A stretch of 59,496 nt of DNA from a virus (Duplodnaviria; Caudoviricetes): positions 1 through 59,496 of IMG/VR virus record IMGVR_UViG_3300035670_000232. One strand, written 5' to 3'. Under the pieces are notes generated by a model, which was not told where the DNA came from, searched no databases, and was given only the letters and a program-made list of their open reading frames with translations. A program made the translations under genes and the position numbers. Shown here in pieces: positions 35,881 to 45,469 of this stretch (within the stretch, counting starts at the first letter, position 1; every line of letters starts with the position of its first letter).

Positions 35881-36542
35881 GGCAGGCCGAGGATGGATGA
35901 GCCGTTGATGCCTTGCGGGATGATGACACCACTAGGGTCGCTAACGCCCAGGAACGTGTCGGCAACCGTGAGTCTCGCATTGAGCACGCCCATTCTCACG
36001 GAGTTCGCCCCGTTGAGGTTGGCACTGGCGGTAGCAAACGAAGAATCGTTGAACACGACATCACCAGACGTGACGGCGCCGGAGTGGTATGACGTATCAT
36101 TGAATACCGCGCCGCCGTTCACGGTGCCTTGGTTGTATGACGTATCATTGAACACTGCGCCGACGTCCACGGTGCCTTGGTTGTATGACGTATCATTGAA
36201 TACCGCGCCGCCGTTCACGGTGCCTTGGTTGTATGACGTATCATTGAATACCGCGCCGCCGTTCACGGCTGTGGCGTTATAAGCAGAGCCGCCAAACGTC
36301 GCCCCATTCGTTGCGGTTACTTCGATTGCAATGTAGCCACCGACATTGCCAGCATCTGGCATTGCCAGTGTATTGCACACCGCCGGATCGCCAGAATTTG
36401 TCGACACGCTCGCCAGCAAAACAGCATCATCACTGGCCGTCGGGATCGTCGTCGCCCCAGTGCCATCGTCATTCAGCCACCAGTTGCCAGCGTCATTCCA
36501 GTCGCCGTTGGCTTCAGCGTCGTTGAAGTATTTGGTTGCCAT
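35877..36542 (-). CDS. Beta-helix-like repeat tail protein
   Basis: W...GNW N-terminus; VNGGAVFNDTSYNQGT repeats. Confidence 0.75.
   Translation of the reverse strand: MATKYFNDAEANGDWNDAGNWWLNDDGTGATTIPTASDDAVLLASVSTNSGDPAVCNTLAMPDAGNVGGYIAIEVTATNGATFGGSAYNATAVNGGAVFNDTSYNQGTVNGGAVFNDTSYNQGTVDVGAVFNDTSYNQGTVNGGAVFNDTSYHSGAVTSGDVVFNDSSFATASANLNGANSVRMGVLNARLTVADTFLGVSDPSGVIIPQGINGSSILGLP
36087..36268. repeat. 48-bp tandem repeat, about 3.8 copies, in frame
   Basis: GTATGACGTATCATTGAATACCGCGCCGCCGTTCACGGTGCCTTGGTT; copy 2 has 4 substitutions. Confidence 0.95.
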
Positions 36543-36545
36543 TGA

Positions 36546-37046
36546 TTAGTACCCCGGTACGAAGGCTACGATGTCCCACTTGGTGTCAGTGGCGTTGTAG
36601 GTTGCCGCCAGAACGTCCATGGCCGAGGCAGTGGTACTCCACGCCAGCGGCGATGTGCCAGACGAAGGAATACGGAAGACCCCGTTGAGGGTCACGGTGC
36701 GGCTGCCGACGCCATCCTGCCGAACTCGCCAGCGAACGGTCATGCCGTCAACTGGATTCGTCGGGGCGGCGAACGTGACGTTGCCTGTGAGCGTCACATC
36801 GAAGATGGTCCCGAGTGAGCAGTCGGTGTTGACCGTGGTGTCCTCTTCACCGAGGGCGGTGACGGTGGGAACATCCTCGGTGCTTTGAACTTCACCCGAC
36901 GGGTTCTTGAAGAACACGCGGCCGTCTGCGGAATTGAGGGCAATTTCCCCCTCCTCAAGCTCAGCGGCGACAGGAACGTCGCCCGACGAAATTGAGGTGC
37001 GGACGCGCACGGGAGTCGCGTTGGGATTCGGAAGACGAAAAGCCAT
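36546..37046 (-). CDS. Tail fibre-associated protein
   Basis: G.VP...L.EGEIALN.ADG..F.K motif; QDG.GSRT motif. Confidence 0.7.
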   Translation of the reverse strand: MAFRLPNPNATPVRVRTSISSGDVPVAAELEEGEIALNSADGRVFFKNPSGEVQSTEDVPTVTALGEEDTTVNTDCSLGTIFDVTLTGNVTFAAPTNPVDGMTVRWRVRQDGVGSRTVTLNGVFRIPSSGTSPLAWSTTASAMDVLAATYNATDTKWDIVAFVPGY

Positions 37047-37048
37047 GT

Positions 37049-37384
37049 TCAACCCTTTCCTACAAATGTTGCTGCCATTGTCGTGCCGCCCGCAATTACC
37101 GGAACCACAAACGGCGCCGCAAAACAGGCGTCAGGGATCGGGTGATACCCAACCACTACTGAAGTCGTGACCGCAGCGCCAGACTCGTAAACAGGGCGAG
37201 GAGTCTGGTCCTCACGCCATTTCGTGTGCCAGGCAATCTGGGTTGCACTGCCAGTGTTGCCGATAAAGATGCCCCCGCCAGCGTATGGCCCGTAGGCGAT
37301 ATGCCCCGCCGTTGACTGGGCAGACGAGTTAGCCGTGATGGAAACCGGTTGAGGCGGCTCGCGGCGAATGACGATCATGCTCAT
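37049..37384 (-). CDS. Hypothetical virion protein
   Basis: Operon packing. Confidence 0.65.
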   Translation of the reverse strand: MSMIVIRREPPQPVSITANSSAQSTAGHIAYGPYAGGGIFIGNTGSATQIAWHTKWREDQTPRPVYESGAAVTTSVVVGYHPIPDACFAAPFVVPVIAGGTTMAATFVGKG

Positions 37385-37923
37385 GCTGACTTTTCCTTGG
37401 GCTTCCAGGCGTGCTTCTCAATGACCATCTCACGAAGCTCGCCAGCCTTCTTGCCTGGGAACTTCTTCTTGTATTCCTTCACCCGGTCGCGGACGAGATC
37501 CTCTGCCATCACTGTCCGCTTCGGTGGCGGTGCGGATTCTGGGGAGTAGTCCACAGCCCCCTGAACATGGAGCCGACGCTTCTGGGCGACCTTCTTGATG
37601 TCGTCAACGCCGCTAACCCACGCCTCCGGGTCACGCCAACGCCGCTTGTCGGCCAGGCCGCCACAGTAGAACTTGCCCTCAATGGAGATCCCCGCCGCCC
37701 TGGCCTCTTTGGCGAGCCATTTAGCCTGGACGGGGGGCAATGCGTCAAGCTGCTGGTTGTTCATCCGGCCCTGCATGAAAGCACGGTCCAGACCCTTTAC
37801 GCCAGGAGGAGCCTGAAGCGCCAGCATCTCTGCGAAGCGGGGCGAATTGCCAGCCTCTACGAGCTTCCGGTAGCGGGCCTGGATTTCGGGCCTGGCGTCT
37901 TGGATGTCAAACGGGAGTTCCAT
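37381..37923 (-). CDS. Hypothetical protein downstream of portal
   Basis: Leaderless start after the GGACAAT motif. Confidence 0.75.
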   Translation of the reverse strand: MELPFDIQDARPEIQARYRKLVEAGNSPRFAEMLALQAPPGVKGLDRAFMQGRMNNQQLDALPPVQAKWLAKEARAAGISIEGKFYCGGLADKRRWRDPEAWVSGVDDIKKVAQKRRLHVQGAVDYSPESAPPPKRTVMAEDLVRDRVKEYKKKFPGKKAGELREMVIEKHAWKPKEKSA

Positions 37924-37929
37924 ACTAAG

Positions 37930-37938
37930 CTATTGTCC
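37930..37938 (-). promoter_or_regulatory. Putative late promoter, leaderless start; also the portal's last codons
   Basis: GGA CAA TAG-6nt-ATG(37923). Confidence 0.75.
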
Positions 37939-39918
37939 CTGGGGGGGAGGGGGCGGTGCTTCTTGACCTGGCGGCGGGCCAGGAGGTGGCGGTGGGGGCG
38001 GAGGGATGACGTACTTGGAAACGTCCATCTCCATCGCCTTGCCCCAGTCGGCCATGAGGGAGTTGAAGAGTTGTGGCTGCCCGGCCTGCATAAGACCCTG
38101 AGCAACCGGCATGAGGATCTGCATGGCCTGGTTGAGGTGGTCAATCCTCGTGGCAGCGTTTGGCTTGCGGGTAGAGCCAGCCTCAACGCGGTAGTCGAAC
38201 TCCCGAGCCACTGATTCGATGTCCGCACTCTTGACATGCATTGCCCACGCCTGAGCGCCCAATGGCCCAAGAATGGGAGCTACGTCTTCCGGGTTGATTG
38301 CCCACCTCGCCAGGAGCGCTTCCTTCCTGGCGCACTCAGACATGGCCGTTTCCAGAATGTTGGCGTAGTCGTCGGGCCGGATGGAGACTTGATCCCCCTT
38401 GACCTGAGCCTCCGTGGCAGACCGCATCGAAGCCGATGTCATTCCGTAGATGAGTTCGGTCAAGCCAACGCGACGGTCGAACATGGCCGTCACTTCCGCA
38501 ATGATGTTGAACATCTCTTGCGAAACCTGCGGCTGATCGAACACCTGGATCAACTGCCGGATGTCCAGCCCAATGGATTCAGTCAACTCAACGATCTTGA
38601 GGCCACCTTCACTTGGGGCCTCAAGCTGCTCCTTGAGCGACTTCTCCGCGCTCTTTGCCACACCAATGATCGTGTCGGCAGTCTTCTGGATTCGCGTGAT
38701 GAGATAGCTCATGGCCCAGTTGATGAACCGAAGCTCGCCCATGCCAGCCGAGACGACCGTAAGCGGCCAGGTGTAGTTCGGCTTGCCGTGCCACATCAGC
38801 GGCGTGAAGGGCCAGCCGTTCGGCTCAACCCAAAACGGAACAGGCCACTGAGCCGACATGAACAGATCGTCAGGAACCTGGCCCTCGTCAACTTCCTGCT
38901 TGAGGAGGTCGGGGTGGATGTTCAGCGGGAAGTCGATCCCCTTGGAGACGACGATATAGCAGTTCTGGCCCAGCGAGTCGAATGCACCACGGAGATGCTC
39001 GGGCATGTCCTTGAGCCGGTCGCCGAATCCGGTCTTGGAGTAAATCTCCCAGTATTCCAGAAGGTCGTTCGTCTGCCCGCGAGCCTTGCGGTACTTGTAG
39101 TCGGCACGCTTGGAGTCGGCCTGGGACGAATAGCTTTCCGCATGGCCCTTGAGCCACTCTCGGTCAAGCGAGAAGTCCGCTGCCACATCATCAATCGGAC
39201 GCACCCGGCGACGAGCAACCCAGCGAATGTCATCGAACTTGTCGGCGTCTGGATCCCAGACCAGGTTGTCGATGGAGTCGAAGAACGATCCCGCCAGCCG
39301 GACGTTGCTGCCGGGCGGGGCATACAACTCGTGCCACCAAACGCCAGCACCCTTTATGAATGCTTCTTCCACCACCTCGCGAGACTGACGCTGCAAGCCC
39401 AGTTCGTTCGGGGTGTAGTTGAGGTACATCTCCAATAGCGACGATACAAGCGTGCGATGGTCCATGAGCATCTGTTGATGCCCGGCCATTTGCTGGTACT
39501 GCATCATCTCGGGTGATGGCATCATCACCATCTGCCCATCTGGACCGACCACAGGCTGGCCGTCTGGCCCCATTTGCGGAACCGGCTGATCGACAATGCC
39601 AAGCTGCTGCGGAAGGATCGTCGGCAACGGCTTGGGCGTGGCAACGCGATTCGGGTTCCGGTGGTGGATGACAGCCGCGAAAATGCGGACTGCTTCCCAC
39701 AGACGATTCACCACCATGCGGAATGGCGGAAGACCAACGCCCTTGGCGAACTTATTCTTGGCAATGTCACCCCACACCGCGTCGGCATCGCTGCTGAAGA
39801 ATGTCATTGCCTCGGCAGCATCGTCGGTGAAGGGCTTCTTGTACTCTTCTGCCTTCTTGATGCAGTCAAGCCATCGCTTACAGATTGGCGCAAGTGGTCC
39901 GGTGTCTTTTGGCATCAT
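37930..39918 (-). CDS. Portal protein (P22/T7-like)
   Basis: 662 aa; VN..., G.GVW, WDPDA, G......SATEA, D..VEAGS motifs; Pro-rich tail. Confidence 0.8.
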   Translation of the reverse strand: MMPKDTGPLAPICKRWLDCIKKAEEYKKPFTDDAAEAMTFFSSDADAVWGDIAKNKFAKGVGLPPFRMVVNRLWEAVRIFAAVIHHRNPNRVATPKPLPTILPQQLGIVDQPVPQMGPDGQPVVGPDGQMVMMPSPEMMQYQQMAGHQQMLMDHRTLVSSLLEMYLNYTPNELGLQRQSREVVEEAFIKGAGVWWHELYAPPGSNVRLAGSFFDSIDNLVWDPDADKFDDIRWVARRRVRPIDDVAADFSLDREWLKGHAESYSSQADSKRADYKYRKARGQTNDLLEYWEIYSKTGFGDRLKDMPEHLRGAFDSLGQNCYIVVSKGIDFPLNIHPDLLKQEVDEGQVPDDLFMSAQWPVPFWVEPNGWPFTPLMWHGKPNYTWPLTVVSAGMGELRFINWAMSYLITRIQKTADTIIGVAKSAEKSLKEQLEAPSEGGLKIVELTESIGLDIRQLIQVFDQPQVSQEMFNIIAEVTAMFDRRVGLTELIYGMTSASMRSATEAQVKGDQVSIRPDDYANILETAMSECARKEALLARWAINPEDVAPILGPLGAQAWAMHVKSADIESVAREFDYRVEAGSTRKPNAATRIDHLNQAMQILMPVAQGLMQAGQPQLFNSLMADWGKAMEMDVSKYVIPPPPPPPPGPPPGQEAPPPPPQGQ

Positions 39919-41348
39919 TGATCCTGCATTGCGGAGGCGGCAATCGGGGCAGCAATGGCAGCGCCAATGCCGTTCTGGAGAATGTTTCGACGCATGGCAT
40001 CCGACATGATGTAGCGCCGTCCAGGGGCGGGGAGCGGCGGGTCGCCCGTAAAGAAGTTACCGGCATAAAGCCACGCATCCTCCATGGCGTCCTGCCGCCT
40101 TGGGGCAACAGAAGCCAAATGAACCATAGCTGAGTTAATCTCGCTTTCGGACTTCCCTAGCTGGCGAAGGCTGTTCCGAATGCGCTCGCCTTCTCGCACA
40201 GCAAGCCCTGGAATCCCACTCCGTATCGCTTCGCCAAGGTCTATAACGGACATGCGACCAATGCGCGGATCATACGAAGAGTCATAGGCACTTACCTCGT
40301 CCATAAGCCTTGCGTAGTCGGGGTCGGCAGTTGTCCCGGCAACAGGCTTGCCACCGCGAGGGTTCGCAGTGCCTTCCGTAAGCCCGCCCATTTTGCGGCC
40401 TAGCCGCTCTAGCGACCCAGGGATAACCTTGCCATAAAAGTGTTCGTAGTTGTCGATGTTGCCGCCAACCTTATCTGCTATAGACCTTGGGCTGGCAACT
40501 TCAATAGCACGGTGTCCACCTCGTGCGGCCTCTAGGGCAAGCCGCTTGATGAGCATGTCAGCCCATGCGTCCTCAAGCGGGAACGGGGCCGGGCGATTAC
40601 CAACAGGCACGCCAGAAGCTATGTATGGAGCTATCTTTTCGCGAATCTTTCGGTTGTGGATGCCGAGGTCAGACTGAAGCTCATTGATTCGCAGCGCATC
40701 GCCGTGAGTGTCGTACCTTGCATGAGCAACGGCATTGGGCTGATTAGACCAATGATTGCCGAACGATCCTGGGCTGTCTGGTTGCGTCAACAAAAGCTCA
40801 GTGTAGTCTTGGCCGCCCTGCCCGTACTGGTCATACCGCGCCGGACCAGATGGCGTTCCTCGTCCTATCGGCTGTGGCGTGCCGTCAAGGCCCAGGCCCT
40901 GCCTGGAAGCGTCTTGCCCGTGAATCCAAAAGGCGTTGTCGTCACCAAGCGTCGGCCTGCCCCATTCGTCAGGGTGCGGCTCAGTGCGAAGCATGACCTC
41001 CTTGTGCGTGTACACAGGGCTACGCTCTCGCACGGCATCCAGCAAGTCCTGTCGCGGAACCTTCTTGGAGTCACCAACCACACCAGGCAAATTGACGGCG
41101 TTCAACTCCCAGCCAGGGACGCCTTCCTTGTGTCGCTTAAGGAGTCCTGGGATGTCCTGCACTGGGACTGTCGGCGGCATTGCTTCGACGGCACGCTCAA
41201 GCCTGGAGTAGATTCCTGGGCCTGGGTTGTACCCAATACGAAGCGGGACCGTTTCCTCTAGCCGCTTTGCTAGCGCCTCGGCCCTGGCAATCTGCGATGC
41301 AAGGTCGCCAGCGGCAGCAAGACCGGCTATAGCTTTAGGGCTAGGCAT
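39915..41348 (-). CDS. Hypothetical protein with Y.ELLL..HW..N...H.R..ELQSD domain
   Basis: Motif pattern typical of large ejected phage proteins; function unknown. Confidence 0.6.
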   Translation of the reverse strand: MPSPKAIAGLAAAGDLASQIARAEALAKRLEETVPLRIGYNPGPGIYSRLERAVEAMPPTVPVQDIPGLLKRHKEGVPGWELNAVNLPGVVGDSKKVPRQDLLDAVRERSPVYTHKEVMLRTEPHPDEWGRPTLGDDNAFWIHGQDASRQGLGLDGTPQPIGRGTPSGPARYDQYGQGGQDYTELLLTQPDSPGSFGNHWSNQPNAVAHARYDTHGDALRINELQSDLGIHNRKIREKIAPYIASGVPVGNRPAPFPLEDAWADMLIKRLALEAARGGHRAIEVASPRSIADKVGGNIDNYEHFYGKVIPGSLERLGRKMGGLTEGTANPRGGKPVAGTTADPDYARLMDEVSAYDSSYDPRIGRMSVIDLGEAIRSGIPGLAVREGERIRNSLRQLGKSESEINSAMVHLASVAPRRQDAMEDAWLYAGNFFTGDPPLPAPGRRYIMSDAMRRNILQNGIGAAIAAPIAASAMQDQ

Positions 41349-41354
41349 ATAGGA

Positions 41355-41363
41355 CTATTGTCC
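41355..41363 (-). promoter_or_regulatory. Putative late promoter, leaderless start
   Basis: GGACAATAG-6nt-ATG(41348). Confidence 0.75.
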
Positions 41364-41366
41364 GGC

Positions 41367-41684
41367 TCAGCCCTTTTTGCCACCCAGGCTCTCTAGCTTC
41401 TTCTCCAGCAAAGCCACCTTTTCCGCGAGAATTGCGTACTTCGGGTCGGCTGGAGCCTTCTTCCAGATGCCCGACTTCTTCCACTCTGGGAAGTTCTCAA
41501 GGTCGGGGTCTGATTCGTGGTGAACCCCCACCTTCATGACGCCACCTGCTGCACCGCCAAGAGCGTACATTTCCAGAGTGCGGGATCCGAGTCGGGTCAC
41601 GATGGCCGGGACACACGGAGCCCCTTCATGCTGGGCAAAGAGGACGGTTTCGGACAGGACGACTGAAGGCGGAACGTAGCTCAT
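41367..41684 (-). CDS. Hypothetical protein
   Basis: ATGA overlap with the terL stop. Confidence 0.7.
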   Translation of the reverse strand: MSYVPPSVVLSETVLFAQHEGAPCVPAIVTRLGSRTLEMYALGGAAGGVMKVGVHHESDPDLENFPEWKKSGIWKKAPADPKYAILAEKVALLEKKLESLGGKKG

Positions 41685-43384
41685 GACTTTCTCCGGGCTG
41701 GCCCAAGGAGGATGCAAGGATCCTGAAGTTCCTTCTTGCGAGCAAGGGACTTCTCTCTCCAGGTTTTCCACCACGGCTTCGGGCCGATGATCCGTGGAGG
41801 CGGGTGGTATTTCGGTTCGTAGGCAATCGCGTACTCGGCAGCCTGACACGCATGGACTTCTCCACGGGTCTGCGGCTCGTCCGTAACATACACGACGCCG
41901 TTGATTCTTGTGGTCTTTTTCCGGTACTTTTTCATTTCCCGGATCAGATTCGGGCAGCCACCCTCCAGAATCTTGATCTTCGTGGATCCATCGGGCCGGA
42001 TGTAGAGCTTCTCGCGAAAGATGTTCGCCCGGTTCTTCGGGTCGTCGCAGCCGGGGATGAAGCTCGTGCCGCCAAATCGAAACGAGAAGCCCCCCTTTTT
42101 CAGGGCCTCAGAGTACATTTCATGGGGAAGGCGACCGCTGCCTATGTCTCGCAACCTGCCGCCGTGCATGTCGAAGATGCCAGCGTATATCGGCTTCCCA
42201 AGAGCCTTCGCCAAGAATTGGTCGGCCCAGATTTGAGCATTGCAGTCACGGATGTAGAGTTCGTCGTAAAACAGCACGAGGCTTTCGTCGGGCGGGACCG
42301 CAAAGAACAACGTCGCCGCCACGCTCCAGCCAGGGTCAATGGAAACGTATGGCGTCCAGTCGTTCGGGATGTGGCCATTCTCAAACGTGCTGCGCGGCAG
42401 AATGTGGACCGAGGTGTTGAACGTGGGGTACATGAGCGTGGAGCCGGTGTTGAACTCACCCTCCGCTCGCTTCATCAACTCTTCCTGAGAGATGGCAGCC
42501 CAGCGTTCGATGTTCTTCTTCTTCTCTTCCTCGTCTATGTAAGGGTTGTCTAGGTGCCTGAGAATGAACATTCGGATGATTGGGTTAGGATCGCCACTTT
42601 CCTCAGCAGCTATTGCACGATCCTTGAGGCCGATGAGGGCGTCGTTCTCAGAGTGCGGCATTGCAGACCAGACAAAACGACCCTTCCTGTCGCCGAGCCT
42701 GGCCTGCATTTCGCCTACCCACCGCTCGTCGTTGATGTCTTCGTCAATCACAACCAGGTCTGCCTGGAACCCCTGCGGAGGATCGCCCTCGCTGGAGAAG
42801 AAGTGAAGCACCGTCCCGTTGATTAGCTCCACCTTCTGGATGTGGTTCTGGCGACGGTTGAGCCAGGACTTGCCCTTGGGCTTCACAAAGCGATTCGGGA
42901 TCAATGGGGCGGCGGGCTTGGCAAGGTGCTTTCGGGCTTCGTCAGTACTGGGGTTGTACGCCCTCCACTCATTCGTCACCTCATCGCGGATCATCTTGAT
43001 CGCACCGGCACGAAACAACATCGGGTAGCACACGAGCCCGATGTGCCGCCAGTCCTTGCCAACTATCGCAATAATGAGATTTTCTTTCGGGAACTTCTCG
43101 TATGGATCCTGGCCAGTTGCGGCGCGTGCAATTTCCACCATAGATGCAACTGATTTGCCGCTACGATTGCCCCCAATTACAAGGCGTTCGCTCGCCATGC
43201 AGGCGTGAAACGCATCCTGGAGAGGCTGTGGCCTATAGAGCTTGAGAGCCTCCATCTTGCGAAGGAGAATCTCAGCCTGGAGGTCGCGCAGTTCGCCGCG
43301 CTGATGCTGCGACATCCCGAGAGCGGGAGGCAGATTAGCTGGGATCTGGGGCGGCGGTACTGGAGGGTGCTTCTTCTTTGCCAT
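41681..43384 (-). CDS. terL: Terminase large subunit
   Basis: Q..FH, GGNRSGKS Walker A, VIDE Walker B, DNPY, SIDPG nuclease. Confidence 0.92.
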   Translation of the reverse strand: MAKKKHPPVPPPQIPANLPPALGMSQHQRGELRDLQAEILLRKMEALKLYRPQPLQDAFHACMASERLVIGGNRSGKSVASMVEIARAATGQDPYEKFPKENLIIAIVGKDWRHIGLVCYPMLFRAGAIKMIRDEVTNEWRAYNPSTDEARKHLAKPAAPLIPNRFVKPKGKSWLNRRQNHIQKVELINGTVLHFFSSEGDPPQGFQADLVVIDEDINDERWVGEMQARLGDRKGRFVWSAMPHSENDALIGLKDRAIAAEESGDPNPIIRMFILRHLDNPYIDEEEKKKNIERWAAISQEELMKRAEGEFNTGSTLMYPTFNTSVHILPRSTFENGHIPNDWTPYVSIDPGWSVAATLFFAVPPDESLVLFYDELYIRDCNAQIWADQFLAKALGKPIYAGIFDMHGGRLRDIGSGRLPHEMYSEALKKGGFSFRFGGTSFIPGCDDPKNRANIFREKLYIRPDGSTKIKILEGGCPNLIREMKKYRKKTTRINGVVYVTDEPQTRGEVHACQAAEYAIAYEPKYHPPPRIIGPKPWWKTWREKSLARKKELQDPCILLGPARRKS

Positions 43385-43988
43385 CCTTGGCCTTCCTTAC
43401 CACTTCAAACTCCGCAGGGTCCGGGATGGAGATGGCATCCGGGTCGCTAGACGTAATCATCTTCACTGGCTGGCCGTTGACGTTCATTGCCTGCGCCATC
43501 TGGGCGGCCTCAAGCATGATCCTTCGACGGTACTCGGCCTCAAGCTCTTCCTCAGTCATCGCCTCCAAGGGCTTCACCGCACCGCCCATTGAGGTATTTG
43601 CTGTCACCAGTCCGAGTGCCGCCAAGAGCATCTTCGTCCTCGTGGCACCGCCGCTCGGGGTGTCGTAGAGGTTCTTCATGAAGACGTTCATGTAGCCACG
43701 CACGCCCCCGAAGTACTCCATCATCACTTCCAGGAGTTCCCTGGAGTGAGGAATGTTCCCGCCCCCGATGCGAGCAGAAGCAGTGAAGATGTCTACTGCG
43801 CCTCTCTCTATCTCCTCCAGCTTGGCGTCTCGCTTTTTCTTTACCCTTTCCTCGCGGGTCAGTTTGCGACATAGACGACACTCCGAACGAAGCCCATCGG
43901 GCGCATGGGAGTTGATATTGAAGAACTCCTCCGTGGCCGGTTTGATCTTCCGGCACAGAGTACACGCCTTGGTCTTCTCTTCAGACAT
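43335..43988 (-). CDS. Putative terminase small subunit with N-terminal Zn finger
   Basis: CxxC...KP..EF...DGL.SECxxC; MTEEEL motif; directly upstream of terL. Confidence 0.6.
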   Translation of the reverse strand: MSEEKTKACTLCRKIKPATEEFFNINSHAPDGLRSECRLCRKLTREERVKKKRDAKLEEIERGAVDIFTASARIGGGNIPHSRELLEVMMEYFGGVRGYMNVFMKNLYDTPSGGATRTKMLLAALGLVTANTSMGGAVKPLEAMTEEELEAEYRRRIMLEAAQMAQAMNVNGQPVKMITSSDPDAISIPDPAEFEVVRKAKDGKEEAPSSTAAPDPS

Positions 43989-45396
43989 AAGTCTTCCAGA
44001 CAGTGCCTTCGGTCTGATAGAGCTTGAACTTCTCCTTGACCGTTTCTGTCACGCCGGGGAAATGCCCATAGTCATGCCCGGCCAGGATGTACCGCGTCTT
44101 CGGCAGCCATGCGTCGATGTCAGCCTTGAGCGAGTCCGCATCATGCTCAGCGTCCAGATACACAATGTCGAACGACTTATCCTCAAACATCTTGGCCGCC
44201 TTGAGCGAGTCCATAATGAGAGGCTTGATCTTGGGCTGATGGTGCGTGTTTCGCAGGAACACCTCAAACGGAGTTCCTCGCGATTTATCGTACACCTTGC
44301 AGCCATCGTCGTTCTTGTTGCCTTCCCAGTGATCAACGCAGGTCACTTCGGCACCGGCGTTCGCCATGGCAAGAGCAGAAGCACCGGCCCACGAGCCGAC
44401 CTCGCAAACCTTCGGCTCGCGGCCGTACTTCTCTTTGAACCGCTCAACCATTGTGGCGAGTGCATAGAGATCCCCGGCCGGTGTCTGTAGGCCCATGTCG
44501 TCAAATGCTGGCTGATCTTTCTTGGCATCCAAGATCCGCTGGAGTTTTGGATTGGCAGTGATGTTGATGATCTTCGTTGAGGAGTCGTGGCCTGACTTGG
44601 CGGCGTCAGCGAGCTTCTTGCTCACACCGGCAGCATCAATGACCTGAGGCTTCGTGACTACCTTCGGCTTCCAGTGGCCAGCCCACGCATCCCAGTTCAC
44701 CATCACTGGGTTGTACCCGAGCTTCTGGATGCCAACGAGCGAGATGTCACGGGTGTTTGTCACATCTTCTGTGGACTGCTTCTCGGCACCGTAGAGATCA
44801 AACTCGTAGTAGAACCACGGCTTGTCGCCTTCTTCCTTTGGCTCAGTAAGCTCAAAGGCTCTCATGTCATACATGATGAGCCCTGTCGGCAAAGCAGCGC
44901 ACTCCTGAATGCCAGCCATCTTGCTTGCCGTGTGGCGATCAAACATCTCTAGCTGGTAGTCCGGGCCGACCCCGCCAGTCTCGCGATTCTGCCAGCGGAA
45001 GATGTATGGAAGCTCGTGCGGTGGCGGCCCACAGTATGGAGCCCCAATCACAAAAGGCCCCTTGTGGTAGTTCTGGACTATGAAGTCAAAGGACGACTCA
45101 AAGAACGGCTTGGCGCCGGGATCGTTGATGTGGATGTCAGGCCACATATCCGAGTCAACCATAACCAAGATGTCGGCGTTCATCGCCCTGGCTTGCAGCA
45201 CGGCGCGATTACGGGTCATCGTGATCGGCGTGTCGCTGAGCTTGTCGAAGTGGATCCGCTCAATACGCGGGTCGCGAGAAGCATTCACCGCAAGAGGAAT
45301 CATCCACTCGCGAACATCGGGAACCTCTGATGAAGTGCCGCCGTTGCCCCCGTACGGAAAGCTGTAGACAACAACAACAAACTTCTGCTGAGCCAT
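43981..45396 (-). CDS. GT-A glycosyltransferase-like fused to class I SAM methyltransferase
   Basis: RN..V, VDSD (DxD), ED motif; EVGSWAG.S, VDHW.G, D..YLDA.H, AGHDY. Confidence 0.85.
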   Translation of the reverse strand: MAQQKFVVVVYSFPYGGNGGTSSEVPDVREWMIPLAVNASRDPRIERIHFDKLSDTPITMTRNRAVLQARAMNADILVMVDSDMWPDIHINDPGAKPFFESSFDFIVQNYHKGPFVIGAPYCGPPPHELPYIFRWQNRETGGVGPDYQLEMFDRHTASKMAGIQECAALPTGLIMYDMRAFELTEPKEEGDKPWFYYEFDLYGAEKQSTEDVTNTRDISLVGIQKLGYNPVMVNWDAWAGHWKPKVVTKPQVIDAAGVSKKLADAAKSGHDSSTKIINITANPKLQRILDAKKDQPAFDDMGLQTPAGDLYALATMVERFKEKYGREPKVCEVGSWAGASALAMANAGAEVTCVDHWEGNKNDDGCKVYDKSRGTPFEVFLRNTHHQPKIKPLIMDSLKAAKMFEDKSFDIVYLDAEHDADSLKADIDAWLPKTRYILAGHDYGHFPGVTETVKEKFKLYQTEGTVWKTYV

Positions 45397-45469
45397 TCTC
45401 AAATCCTCGGGGGTTGGATCGGAAACTGTGCCGAAATCCTACCCGCCGAGCGCAGTAGCGTCCAATGGT

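Noticed and set aside
36087-36268. Possible CRISPR array or DGR template/variable repeat
   Set aside because: Repeats are contiguous with no spacers and are in frame; substitutions are not adenine-specific; no reverse transcriptase or cas gene is seen
37939-38005. G-rich tract as a regulatory G-quadruplex
   Set aside because: Explained by the poly-proline codons of the portal C-terminus
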